This document shows positions 17,651 through 27,199 of a stretch of 64,000 bases of DNA, one piece after another. This stretch comes from Clostridia bacterium. GTDB lineage: Bacteria; Bacillota; Clostridia; UBA1212. A program made the translations under genes and the position numbers. The stretch covers positions 20,565-84,564 of the forward strand of contig JAZPZG010000028.1 in assembly GCA_045544575.1 (NCBI GenBank). The letters run 5' to 3'. Numbering within the stretch: position 1 is the stretch's first letter; each line of letters begins with the position of its first letter. The notes below the pieces were generated by a model. It did not search any database and was not told the origin of the DNA. It saw only the letters and a list, made by a program, of their open reading frames with translations.

Positions 17651-18514
17651 ATGAAAATAATTGATATTTTGAACACGGGAAAACCGTCACTGTCTTTTGA
17701 AGTTTTTCCGCCAAAGACAGGAGATACATATGAGAGCATAAGTGCAGCAGCCTTTGAAATCGCCAAGCTCAAGCCGAGTTTTATGAGTGTAACGTACGGC
17801 GCCGGCGGCGGAACGGGTGATTATACTCTTGCCATTGCCAAAGGAATTAAAGAGCTGGGCGTAACCCCCATTGCGCATCTTACCTGTGTTGCTTCCTCCA
17901 AGGAAAAAATCAGTAATCAAATCGACCTGTTAAAAGAGAACGGTATAGAAAACATTTTGGCTTTGCGAGGAGATAAGCCCGCCAATATAAGCGAACTTCC
18001 CTCAAACCCTGATTTTCGTTATGCATCCGAGCTTATTGCCGAAATAAAAAAGCACGGTGATTTCTGTATCGGAGGAGCATGCTATCCCGAAGGACACGTG
18101 GAATGTGCAACTCTGCAGGAAGATATAAAAAATATCAAACTGAAAACAGATGCCGGCTGTCAATTTTTGACCACACAGATGTTTTTCGATAATAATATTT
18201 TGTACAGCTACTTGTACAAGCTCAGAGAGGCCGGTATTACCGTCCCCGTAATTGCAGGAATAATGCCTGTCACAAATGCCAATCAAATTAAACGCATTAC
18301 CAATCTTTCCGGAACATTTCTCCCCGGAAGATTCAGACGTATAGTAGACCGCTTCGGCGATAATCCCGAGGCAATGAGCAGTGCGGGCATTGCCTATGCT
18401 ACAGAGCAAATTATCGACCTTATAGCAAACGGAGTCAATGCCGTTCACGTATATTCCATGAACAAGCCCTATGTGGCTCAAAAAATTGCCGAAAATCTTT
18501 CAAAAATTATTTAA
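17651..18514 (+). CDS. metF: Methylenetetrahydrofolate reductase
   Basis: 287 aa. Motifs SFEVFPPKT, VTYGAGGGT, HLTC and ALRGD. Confidence 0.9.
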   Translation: MKIIDILNTGKPSLSFEVFPPKTGDTYESISAAAFEIAKLKPSFMSVTYGAGGGTGDYTLAIAKGIKELGVTPIAHLTCVASSKEKISNQIDLLKENGIENILALRGDKPANISELPSNPDFRYASELIAEIKKHGDFCIGGACYPEGHVECATLQEDIKNIKLKTDAGCQFLTTQMFFDNNILYSYLYKLREAGITVPVIAGIMPVTNANQIKRITNLSGTFLPGRFRRIVDRFGDNPEAMSSAGIAYATEQIIDLIANGVNAVHVYSMNKPYVAQKIAENLSKII

Positions 18515-18544
18515 CACAGAGTTTTATTCAGAAGAGGTGCGCTT

Positions 18545-20992
18545 ATGACTCTAACCGAACTTATAGAAAATGGGTTTGTTATTGTTGACGGAGGCTTTGG
18601 CACGATGTTACAAGCCTGCGGTATCAGTGCGGGAGAATTGCCCGAGACCTATAATCTTCTAAAACCGGAAACAGTTATCAATATTCATAAAGAATATATA
18701 AAAGCAGGCGCAGACATTATTACTGCAAACACCTTCGGAGCAAACAGCTTTAAATACGGCGAAGGTGCTCCGTATTCTTTACAGGAAGTAGTTTCTGCCG
18801 GAATAAACTGTGCGCGTACGGCAATAAAAGACGTCTGTACGGAAAAGAAGGTTTTAGTCGCTCTTGACATAGGACCTACCGGAAAACTGCTTAAGCCTCT
18901 CGGAGCTTTAGATTTCGAAGATGCAGTATCTGTTTTTGCACAGACTGTAAAAGCAGGTACGGAAGCCGGCGCAGACCTCATTATAATAGAGACCATGAAC
19001 GACACTGCAGAGCTTAAAGCGGCAGTGCTTGCAGCCAAGGAAAACAGCAATCTTCCGATTATCGCAACGGTTGTTTTTGATGAAAGCGGTAAACTGATGA
19101 CAGGCGCAGACCCTTATGCCGTAGTTGCTTTGCTGGAGGGCTTGCGAGTTGATGCATTGGGAATAAATTGCAGTCTCGGCCCGGACAAAATGCTTGACAT
19201 TGTAAAAAAACTCACCGAAATTTCATCAATACCGATTTGTGTAAGTCCCAATGCAGGACTTCCCAAAATTGTTGACGGGAAAACAGTTTTTGACGTTACA
19301 CCCGAGCAATTTGCGGAATCGATGAAGAAAATTGCCTCTGCAGGCGCAAGGCTCCTCGGTGGTTGTTGCGGAACTACTCCTGCTCACATAAAAGCAATGA
19401 AGGAAGCTCTCGCCAATATTAAGCCTCTGCCCATAACAGAGAAAAACATATCCATGGTTTCCTCCTACACGCACGCAGTTCTTATCGGAAACAAACCGGT
19501 TCTTATCGGAGAAAGACTGAACCCCACGGGTAAGTCGAAGCTAAAAGCCGCACTTCGCGAGAAAAACACGTCATACATTTTGGAAGAAGCTCTTGCTCAG
19601 CAGGAACTGGGCGCTCACATTCTTGATATAAACGTAGGTCTTCCCGAAATTAACGAACCCGAAATGATGAAATTTGTGGTAAGTGAAGTTCAGGGGGTAA
19701 GCGACCTCCCGCTGCAAATAGACACCTCTGATTTTGAGGCAATGGAGGCGGGACTTCGTTGCTATAACGGAAAACCCCTTATCAATTCGGTAAGCGGCAA
19801 GCTTGAAAGCATGGAAAAGATTTTTCCTCTTGCCGCAAAATACGGAGGAATTGTCGTAGGGCTCACATTGGATGAAGACGGAATTCCTTCCACTGCGGAG
19901 GGAAGAATTGCTATTGCACAAAAAATATATAAAAAGGCCGCCGAATACGGTATAAAGAAAAAAGATATCATTATCGACCCTCTGGCAATGGCAATAAGCG
20001 CAGACAACCGCTCGGCAGGAGTCACTCTTGACGCGCTCCGCGCATTGCATAACGAGCACGGCGGAAATACTTCTCTCGGTGTTTCCAACATTTCTTTCGG
20101 CCTTCCGCAAAGAGACTATATTACTTCGGTCTTTTTTGCACAGGCTCTCGATGCAGGCCTTTCGGCGGCAATAATGAACCCCTGTTCATTCGAAATGATG
20201 AAAACGTACAAGGCATTTTGCGCACTTAACAACTACGATTCACAATGTCTTGAATATATTGATTTTGCAACAAAAAACGCACCGATAACAACGACTGTAA
20301 ATAATTCATCCGGCGGCGTTACTCACCCGTCCGCCCGAGCGAGCACGGAAGGATTATCAAACAAAAACGAGCTTTTCAGCGCCATAGTAAAAGGTCTGAA
20401 AGCGAAAAGCTCGGAAAGTGCACAAAAAATGCTGAGTGATAATACCGCACCGCTCGAATTAATTAACAATACGGTAATTCCCGCACTTAACGAGGTCGGT
20501 GTTGCTTTTGAAACTAAGCGTATGTTTCTGCCGCAGCTTCTTATGAGCGCCGATGCCGCAAAAGCCGCATTTGACGTTATAAAGGAGCACATGAAGCGTT
20601 CTGAACCCCAAGGCGGGTCCTCTGCCGAAAAGCGCACCGTAATTCTTGCAACAGTAAAAGGCGATATCCACGACATAGGAAAAAATATTGTCCGCGTTCT
20701 TTTAGAAAATTACGGATTTGACGTGATAGATTTAGGAAAGGACGTTGCCCCCGAGACTGTGTTGGAGGCTGCAAGACAAAATCATGCAAAATTGGTAGGC
20801 CTGAGTGCGCTTATGACCACAACGGTGCCTTCTATGGAGGCGACAATAAAGCTTCTGCATGAAGAGCTTCCGGAATGCAAGGTGGTTGTAGGAGGAGCCG
20901 TGCTTACACAGGAATATGCAGACATGATTAAGGCAGACAAGTATGCCAAGGATGCAATGGAGACCGTACGTTACGCCGAATCGGTTATTTGA
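18545..20992 (+). CDS. metH: Cobalamin-dependent methionine synthase, short form (Hcy-binding + pterin-binding + B12-binding; no C-terminal reactivation domain)
   Basis: 815 aa. Hcy S-methyltransferase N-terminus (DGGFGTML...GGCCGTTP), pterin domain (GAHILDINVG), and B12 motif GDIHDIGKN with GLSALMTTT. The protein ends right after the B12 Rossmann domain. Confidence 0.9.
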   Translation: MTLTELIENGFVIVDGGFGTMLQACGISAGELPETYNLLKPETVINIHKEYIKAGADIITANTFGANSFKYGEGAPYSLQEVVSAGINCARTAIKDVCTEKKVLVALDIGPTGKLLKPLGALDFEDAVSVFAQTVKAGTEAGADLIIIETMNDTAELKAAVLAAKENSNLPIIATVVFDESGKLMTGADPYAVVALLEGLRVDALGINCSLGPDKMLDIVKKLTEISSIPICVSPNAGLPKIVDGKTVFDVTPEQFAESMKKIASAGARLLGGCCGTTPAHIKAMKEALANIKPLPITEKNISMVSSYTHAVLIGNKPVLIGERLNPTGKSKLKAALREKNTSYILEEALAQQELGAHILDINVGLPEINEPEMMKFVVSEVQGVSDLPLQIDTSDFEAMEAGLRCYNGKPLINSVSGKLESMEKIFPLAAKYGGIVVGLTLDEDGIPSTAEGRIAIAQKIYKKAAEYGIKKKDIIIDPLAMAISADNRSAGVTLDALRALHNEHGGNTSLGVSNISFGLPQRDYITSVFFAQALDAGLSAAIMNPCSFEMMKTYKAFCALNNYDSQCLEYIDFATKNAPITTTVNNSSGGVTHPSARASTEGLSNKNELFSAIVKGLKAKSSESAQKMLSDNTAPLELINNTVIPALNEVGVAFETKRMFLPQLLMSADAAKAAFDVIKEHMKRSEPQGGSSAEKRTVILATVKGDIHDIGKNIVRVLLENYGFDVIDLGKDVAPETVLEAARQNHAKLVGLSALMTTTVPSMEATIKLLHEELPECKVVVGGAVLTQEYADMIKADKYAKDAMETVRYAESVI

Positions 20993-22325
20993 ATATTTTA
21001 AAAAATGCGTCTGCCAATAATCTTGCAGGCTCAATGGGACTCGGAAACCTATAATTAAATATTAAAAGCAAAAACAAAATTATACCTGTTATACTGCAGG
21101 ATATAATCATTGTTGCACGATACAGTGTTTTTCCGTCCTTGTTGGTTACACTCGCAGAGTTTTCCGACAAGGACTTCTTTTTGCCTTGTTTTGCGGCAAC
21201 AACTGTCTTTACAATACAAATTACCAAAAAAATCAAAGGTAATATTATCTCAAAAATCCAATTATAAAAGGGTAATGCAGTTCTGCTCCACCTTTGCATG
21301 TGTTCGTGCGACTTAAACAAGATTAACGACAGACCGCACATCAAAATTCCTATCGGCAGTACGTACGTCGTACTGCCTCCTCTTGAGGTAATATTTGCAA
21401 ACAATTTTGACACACAGTAAAGAGACAAGGCAACCCTGAAGAGTACGGATGTCATAAAAATCACCGCAAAAACCAACTCAACACGGCTAAGCAATTCTCC
21501 TATACTGATAAGCCTTGCCGCCTGAAACGATGGCGCCGCCACGTACTTCGAAAATTCCCCAAACACCGCATTATCACGAAAAACAGCGATTATCAGAATA
21601 ATTGCCGAAACAATATACCCTGTTATTACAGCCTTAAACAATGCGGACGGAAACGAACTGTTCTTTTTCTGCGAAGTATCCTGCAATGAATCTTTGACCT
21701 GTTCATTTTCATCAAAAAGCATAAGAAAAATTACGAAGTTTGCAAACGGCTCCACAGCGGTAGAGAGAATTGCTTTAACGTAACTGCCGCCCGAAAGACT
21801 GAACAACGGAAGAAGATTTTCAAGCTTCATTTCATCGGCTAAAAAAATCACGGAAAAAATGATGTAAACCGAAGTAGTCACCGCGAAGATAATTGCCATG
21901 CCGCACAAATTTTCCGCACCTCTGTTAGCACACATTACCGCACCTATTATAAAAAAAGCCGTGATTACCAAGACAGGGGTTCTTTGTAAAATATTTGTTG
22001 ACATAAATCCGCCGAAAGAAGAAACCTTGGTACACATGCTTACAAAAAAATAAAGCAGGTACGTTACTGAAATAACGGTTCCTCCGAATTTCCCCAAAGC
22101 CCTCTTACAAATTCCCGAAAGCTCCAGTCCGCGATTATATTTATAAAGAAAAAGTATCGGAAAAAGTGCTACCGCTCCTATCAATGCAGAAACAATTACC
22201 GCTAGCCATGACTCCTGAACGGCATTCGAAAAAAGTAACGTCTGAAATAGCGGCGATGCCTGCAAAAAGCAAAACACAGTAAAAAGAAGCTGTTTTTCCG
22301 TTATTCTCCGCGAATGCTTTGTCAC
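20985..22325 (-). CDS. Spore germination receptor B subunit (GerAB/GerKB-type permease)
   Basis: 446 aa, about 10 TM helices, APC-like. Third gene of an A-C-B ger operon, with a 4-nt overlap with the C subunit. Confidence 0.8.
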   Translation of the reverse strand: MTKHSRRITEKQLLFTVFCFLQASPLFQTLLFSNAVQESWLAVIVSALIGAVALFPILFLYKYNRGLELSGICKRALGKFGGTVISVTYLLYFFVSMCTKVSSFGGFMSTNILQRTPVLVITAFFIIGAVMCANRGAENLCGMAIIFAVTTSVYIIFSVIFLADEMKLENLLPLFSLSGGSYVKAILSTAVEPFANFVIFLMLFDENEQVKDSLQDTSQKKNSSFPSALFKAVITGYIVSAIILIIAVFRDNAVFGEFSKYVAAPSFQAARLISIGELLSRVELVFAVIFMTSVLFRVALSLYCVSKLFANITSRGGSTTYVLPIGILMCGLSLILFKSHEHMQRWSRTALPFYNWIFEIILPLIFLVICIVKTVVAAKQGKKKSLSENSASVTNKDGKTLYRATMIISCSITGIILFLLLIFNYRFPSPIEPARLLADAFFKIFK

Positions 22326-23641
22326 TGCTTTTCCTCCTTTTCATTACCGTTCTTTTCGTCAGTCTCTCTCCACTGTACGTTTGACGAAAGATTACCGATA
22401 TCCTCAATATTAATATTTACGTCAAGCTGTAAATCCAGCTCCTTATAAAGCTGCTTCCAGTCATCCTCATATTTTCGCCATTGTTTAAGGTCTTTGTCTT
22501 TTATCTTTTCACCCAAATTAAAAATATCACAGCCGATTTCGACAGATTTTTCGTATGCTTTTTCAATTTCTTCCTTAACAACGCCGCCGCAGGCTTCGGC
22601 TATTTTCTTTACGGTGTCGGTGTCCAATTTAACCCCGCTGTCTGAAACCTGGGCAATATTTGAATAAACCTCACACCTTATTTTCGCAACTGCCTTTCCT
22701 TCTTCATTAATTTTTGCATCTACGTGTGTTCTGCAGTTAAAAACCTCTATTTCCGCCTGCAGCTTTTCTGTCTGCGCCCTGACAATTGCACGGGTAACAG
22801 AATCCCTAACCCATAAAGCACCTCGCGTTTCTTCTTCGGAAAGCTTTCCCACCATTTTGTCTCCGTCAAAAACAGCCGCTCCCGTTACCTCATAGCTTTT
22901 TTGGGGGCTTTGTTTATCGCCCGAGGACTCTGACGAACCGCTTTTTTCTGAGGAAGACCCTTCCCCTGAGTCTTTACCGGTCTCTGCAGCTTCTTTTATT
23001 TTGACAATCGGAACCAATGCCGTAGCTCCCACTGACGTCCCGTACTTTGCAAAGTCAATAAGCGTGCATACAGCGCTGCAAGAGTTTGCCGCCTGATTTT
23101 CAATAAGCTCCGCAAGCTCCTGTGCCGGTACTTTTTCATAATTTGTGCCGGCAGAAAAAATTTCAGTTGCCTTGTCTTCGGAAACTGCCAAAAGCACGTT
23201 ATAGCGCATTTCATTGTCACGAAGAAAATAATCTATAATACGTCGGATTCCCTCGTTTTCTGCAATGGAACTCCCAAATACCACAATTTGATTATGCGCA
23301 TGGTAAAGTCTTCTTGAGGATATATGGGTAATGCCCCTTATTATCTCAAATATACTATTACCGCTTCCCGAAAAGTCACTGTACGCCTCTTTAGAGCCAC
23401 TGTCTCCCGAAGAGCCCGAATACGGCACCGGGTTTGCTACCTGTACCCCTACGGTAAGTTCTTGTTTTTTTTCTTCCGAACTGTCTACTGCAATACCCAT
23501 AACAACAGCAATATCCGAAAACTCTCTTTGATCCCAACAGCCGCTTGCAAGTATTGACGTAACAATACACATAAGCACCGCAACCGTTCCTTTAAATAAT
23601 CTTTTTGTTGCTCTCACAGCACATCCTCCGTCAATTGTCAT
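22322..23641 (-). CDS. Spore germination receptor C subunit (Ger(x)C lipoprotein)
   Basis: 439 aa. Signal peptide ending ILASGCWDQRE (lipobox Cys followed by the W-D typical of GerC). Overlaps the A subunit by 11 nt. Confidence 0.8.
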   Translation of the reverse strand: MTIDGGCAVRATKRLFKGTVAVLMCIVTSILASGCWDQREFSDIAVVMGIAVDSSEEKKQELTVGVQVANPVPYSGSSGDSGSKEAYSDFSGSGNSIFEIIRGITHISSRRLYHAHNQIVVFGSSIAENEGIRRIIDYFLRDNEMRYNVLLAVSEDKATEIFSAGTNYEKVPAQELAELIENQAANSCSAVCTLIDFAKYGTSVGATALVPIVKIKEAAETGKDSGEGSSSEKSGSSESSGDKQSPQKSYEVTGAAVFDGDKMVGKLSEEETRGALWVRDSVTRAIVRAQTEKLQAEIEVFNCRTHVDAKINEEGKAVAKIRCEVYSNIAQVSDSGVKLDTDTVKKIAEACGGVVKEEIEKAYEKSVEIGCDIFNLGEKIKDKDLKQWRKYEDDWKQLYKELDLQLDVNINIEDIGNLSSNVQWRETDEKNGNEKEEKQ

Positions 23642-25229
23642 CCGGCGGTATCGGATTATTTTCTCTCACACGATTTTTACGGGCAAGTAAATGCGGTCTT
23701 GTCCTCATCATCCACAAAGGAGCCCTGACCAACGTGTCCTTTTGGTCTCGCATGTTAAACGGAATAATCGGAGAGAGATATCTGTACCCAAAGCTTTCTA
23801 TATCAGCAAGACGTACGATTAACACAATAATACCTACGGCAATACCGTACCCTCCCAAAAAGCCTGCAAGGAATAAAAACACAAACCTCAAAATCAACAC
23901 GGGCGAGCTTAAAGAAGACACTACAAAGCCCGACACAGCCGTAAAAGCAATAACTATAACAAGAGGCGCACTCACAAAACCTGCGGAGACGGCAGCCTCG
24001 CCCATTACCAACGCCCCCACAATGCTTATCGTCTGCCCTATCGGTTGCGGCAGCCGAACGCCCGCTTCTTTTAAAATTTCGAATACGATTATCATAAAAA
24101 AAGCTTCAAAAAAGGCAGAAAAAGGAATTCCCTCCCTTGCGGCACTCATTGTAAGCAAAAGAGACGTCGGTATCATTTCATGATGAAAAGTAACGAGAGC
24201 TACGTAAATAGCAGGGGCAAGCGTGGAAATAAAAAAAGCTGCATAACGAAAAAATCTTATGAGCGAAACACTTATGAAATTGTTGCTGTAGTCCTCGGAT
24301 GTTTGAAAATTTTCAATAAAGAAGTACGGTACTGTAAGTGCATAGGGAGTTCCGTCAACAATGACGCCCACTCGTCCCTCCATCAGCTTTGCACACAAAA
24401 CGTCGGGCCTTTCCGTAAAGCCTACCGTTGAAAAAACGGACGTAGGCTCGTCCTCAATCAGCTGTTCAACGTATCCGCTGCTCATAATTGAATCAATATC
24501 TATCGACTTTAGTCTGCGGCGCACCTCTTTTACCAGTTTTTCGTCAGCAATATTATGCATATAGACAACTGATACGGGTGTCTTCGTCTGCCTTCCCACA
24601 ACTAAGTTTTCAAAGCAAAGTTCGGGATTCTTTATGCGCCTTCGTACAAGTGCCGTATTAGTCCTCAAAGTTTCAATAAAGCTCTCCTTAGGACCTCTTA
24701 CAGACATCTCGGTATCTGAGGGCTTAATTGCTCTTTTGTCATAGCCCTTGGCTCCTATAATTATGCAGTCGGCAAAACCATCCACAAACATTATACAATC
24801 GCCTAAAAGGCAGGCAAAAACAGCATCGTCAAAGTCTTTGGCGCTTCGCGCCTCTCCGACTGCAAGCATGGTAGTTTTTATGGCTTTCATATCGCTTGCA
24901 TTAAAGTCTTTTCCCGAACCGTACATAAGAGGCTCTACTATTTCTCGGCTTAATATCTTACCGTCTGCAAGGCCGTCTACAAAAATCAATGCGGCTCTTC
25001 TCTGAGGAGAGCTCCCTTTCTCCGCGGCGGCGTAGGGAAATTCAAAAAAACGAATTTTTAAATCCTCGGAGCCGTGAAACAATGCTTGAAGCGTTGTGAC
25101 GTTACTGTCAAGCGATTTTACAATTTCTTTTGCAGGCTCATCCTGCTTTCCCTTTCCCCGAAATCTTTCGTCAGAGCGTTTCTTTAGTAATGATAAAAGC
25201 CATCTGAGCGGCTCATGTTTCCTCGCCAA
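23631..25229 (-). CDS. Spore germination receptor A subunit (GerA/GerKA family)
   Basis: 532 aa. Soluble N-domain followed by a TM domain with GerA-family motifs (ERPD..CAKL, GQTISIVGALVMGEAAV). TTG start with a GGTGG RBS. Confidence 0.85.
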   Translation of the reverse strand: MARKHEPLRWLLSLLKKRSDERFRGKGKQDEPAKEIVKSLDSNVTTLQALFHGSEDLKIRFFEFPYAAAEKGSSPQRRAALIFVDGLADGKILSREIVEPLMYGSGKDFNASDMKAIKTTMLAVGEARSAKDFDDAVFACLLGDCIMFVDGFADCIIIGAKGYDKRAIKPSDTEMSVRGPKESFIETLRTNTALVRRRIKNPELCFENLVVGRQTKTPVSVVYMHNIADEKLVKEVRRRLKSIDIDSIMSSGYVEQLIEDEPTSVFSTVGFTERPDVLCAKLMEGRVGVIVDGTPYALTVPYFFIENFQTSEDYSNNFISVSLIRFFRYAAFFISTLAPAIYVALVTFHHEMIPTSLLLTMSAAREGIPFSAFFEAFFMIIVFEILKEAGVRLPQPIGQTISIVGALVMGEAAVSAGFVSAPLVIVIAFTAVSGFVVSSLSSPVLILRFVFLFLAGFLGGYGIAVGIIVLIVRLADIESFGYRYLSPIIPFNMRDQKDTLVRAPLWMMRTRPHLLARKNRVRENNPIPPDDN

Positions 25230-25300
25230 ATTTTACACCACCTTGCCCAAGCGTTAAGTAACTCGCTTTTTATATTGTTTCCGACAAGGCACAGAATATA

Positions 25301-25331
25301 CAAAAAGCACCCGCTGTTTTAAAGCGAGTGC
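25301..25331 (-). terminator. Intrinsic terminator after the mtnN-apt fusion gene
   Basis: The minus strand reads AGCACTCGCT-loop-AGCGGGTGCT followed by TTTTT (stem has one mismatch). Confidence 0.5.
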
Positions 25332-25351
25332 TCTGAACGCAATTTTCAAAA

Positions 25352-26572
25352 TTATTTTCCTTCGTATTTTACCACGCTACCTACGTCGTAGCCGGCAAGC
25401 TTCTTTCTTCCTTCAAGACCTTCCAGTTCGATAAGGAAAATTATTTTTACAACCTCTCCGCCGAGTCTTTCGATGAGCCTTACGGCTGCTGCGGCAGTTC
25501 CTCCCGTTGCGAGAAGGTCATCAATCAAAACAACTTTTTGACCGGGCATAACCGAATCCGTGTGCATTTCAATTTCGGCAGTACCGTATTCAAGCTCGTA
25601 TTCCTCGGATATCGTTTCACGCGGAAGCTTACCTTTTTTTCTAACAAGCGCAAACGACTTTCCGAGATTGTAAGCAAGCGGCATACCGAACAGGAAGCCT
25701 CTTGACTCAGCTCCTGCAAGCACGTCAAAATCAACACCCTCAAGCAAGCCCTGCAATTTATCTATTGCAAGAGTAAGTCCCTCCTCTGACTGCAAAACGG
25801 AAGTCACGTCTCTGAACATAATACCCTTTTCGGGGAAGTCAGGAATAGTTCTTACAAAGTCTGCAACGCTTTTGCTCTCACAAGCAGAAAGCTCTTTAAG
25901 CACGCGGCAAAGAACTTCAATCGAATTTGATGCTGCCTCCTGCAAAAAAGCAGGGTAATTCTCATGGGAATTTCCGTCGGCATCATCTGAAATTGCACGG
26001 ATAACCGCAAAGGGGACGTTATTCACGTAGCAGACCTGGCCGATTGCGCCGCCCTCCATTTCACAAGCGATTGCATCAAAGGTCTTAGCAATAAGGTTCT
26101 TTTTATCTTGGTCAGCGATAAAGCAATCTCCTGTAGCAACCGTTCCCGTGTATCGTGCAAAGCCCGCAACATCAGCGGCATTCTCAATTAAACTGACAAG
26201 ATGCTTGTCACACTCAAATCTTACGACGTTAATCCCCGAAATAAGTCCCGCAGGGTCGCCCAAAGCAGTCGTGTCCATGTCGTGCTGCACAACTCCGCTT
26301 GCAATCGCAATATTTCCTATTGACAGATGTCTTGAAAGAGTTCCGCCGACACCCGTATTGATTACGTAATCGGGCTTATACTTTAATATCATTACTTCGG
26401 CACAAAGCCCTGCAAAAACCTTACCGATTCCGCAAGCCGCAACGACTACATCTGTACCGTTTATTTTTCCCGAGGTAAACTCAATTCCACTGATGCTTTG
26501 TGAAACACTTTCCTGCATCATCTCCTTGAGTGCCCTTACTTCAACACCCATCGCTCCGATAATTCCTACCAT
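25352..26572 (-). CDS. mtnN/apt: Fusion protein: 5'-methylthioadenosine/S-adenosylhomocysteine nucleosidase (N-terminal) + adenine phosphoribosyltransferase (C-terminal)
   Basis: 406 aa. Residues 1-~230 are Pfs-like (IGIIGAMGVEV, ACEMEGGAIGQVC, AVIRAISD). Residues ~236-406 are APRT-like (IPDFPEKGIMFRDVT, GAESRGFLFG, PRPP loop VVLIDDLLATGGT). One uninterrupted ORF. Confidence 0.85.
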   Translation of the reverse strand: MVGIIGAMGVEVRALKEMMQESVSQSISGIEFTSGKINGTDVVVAACGIGKVFAGLCAEVMILKYKPDYVINTGVGGTLSRHLSIGNIAIASGVVQHDMDTTALGDPAGLISGINVVRFECDKHLVSLIENAADVAGFARYTGTVATGDCFIADQDKKNLIAKTFDAIACEMEGGAIGQVCYVNNVPFAVIRAISDDADGNSHENYPAFLQEAASNSIEVLCRVLKELSACESKSVADFVRTIPDFPEKGIMFRDVTSVLQSEEGLTLAIDKLQGLLEGVDFDVLAGAESRGFLFGMPLAYNLGKSFALVRKKGKLPRETISEEYELEYGTAEIEMHTDSVMPGQKVVLIDDLLATGGTAAAAVRLIERLGGEVVKIIFLIELEGLEGRKKLAGYDVGSVVKYEGK

Positions 26573-26601
26573 AATGCTGTCACAACCCCTTCTGTTGATG
26601 A

Positions 26602-27090
26602 TTATTTATCATATTCAAAAGTAATTTTTTCTTTTTTGTTCAATGCTTCCAAATATCTTCTGCACTCTGTCTTTGCACTTTCAAGATCAAGGCACTCGTA
26701 ATTGCCGCATTCCTTTCGGGTGGCACCAAACACCGCTCCGTTGTGTTCAATTGTTTTAGCAAGAGCAGTCTTTAATTCCGCAAGCACCTTTTCAGGTGAA
26801 ACGTTATCCCTTACGATAAGGTAAAAGCCTGTGCGACAACCCATTGGCCCAAAGTATATTACACTGTCCTTAATGCTTGAATTACGCAAAAAAGTAGCAA
26901 GCATGTGTTCAACGGAATGCATGGTGCAATCGTCAATATAATCGCCCGCATTAGGTGTACGTGTCCTTAAATCGTATGTAATCAAATCTCCGTCAATTCG
27001 TGAAATATATATTCCGGGAGTAATTTTGTCATGGTCAACGGAAAAGCTCGCAATTCGGCTTACCTCTCCCGCATTATTTTTTTCAGTCAT
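26602..27090 (-). CDS. luxS: S-ribosylhomocysteine lyase
   Basis: 162 aa. HSVEHMLATFLRN metal site and GPMGCRTGFY motif. Confidence 0.95.
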   Translation of the reverse strand: MTEKNNAGEVSRIASFSVDHDKITPGIYISRIDGDLITYDLRTRTPNAGDYIDDCTMHSVEHMLATFLRNSSIKDSVIYFGPMGCRTGFYLIVRDNVSPEKVLAELKTALAKTIEHNGAVFGATRKECGNYECLDLESAKTECRRYLEALNKKEKITFEYDK

Positions 27091-27140
27091 ACAATCTTTT
27101 CCTTTCGTTTAATCTTTTCGAGGAACAAAGCACGCTCGAT

Positions 27141-27199
27141 AAGACAGGGGACGGTTCTGCGTCTTAATTAGGACAAGACGCAGAACCGTCCCTTGTCTT
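27141..27199. repeat. 25-bp-stem inverted repeat (hairpin) between the opp operon and luxS
   Basis: 27141-27165 pairs with 27175-27199, with a single G:T and a 9-nt loop. It starts right after the stop codon at 27200-27202. No adjacent U-run on either strand. Confidence 0.6.
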
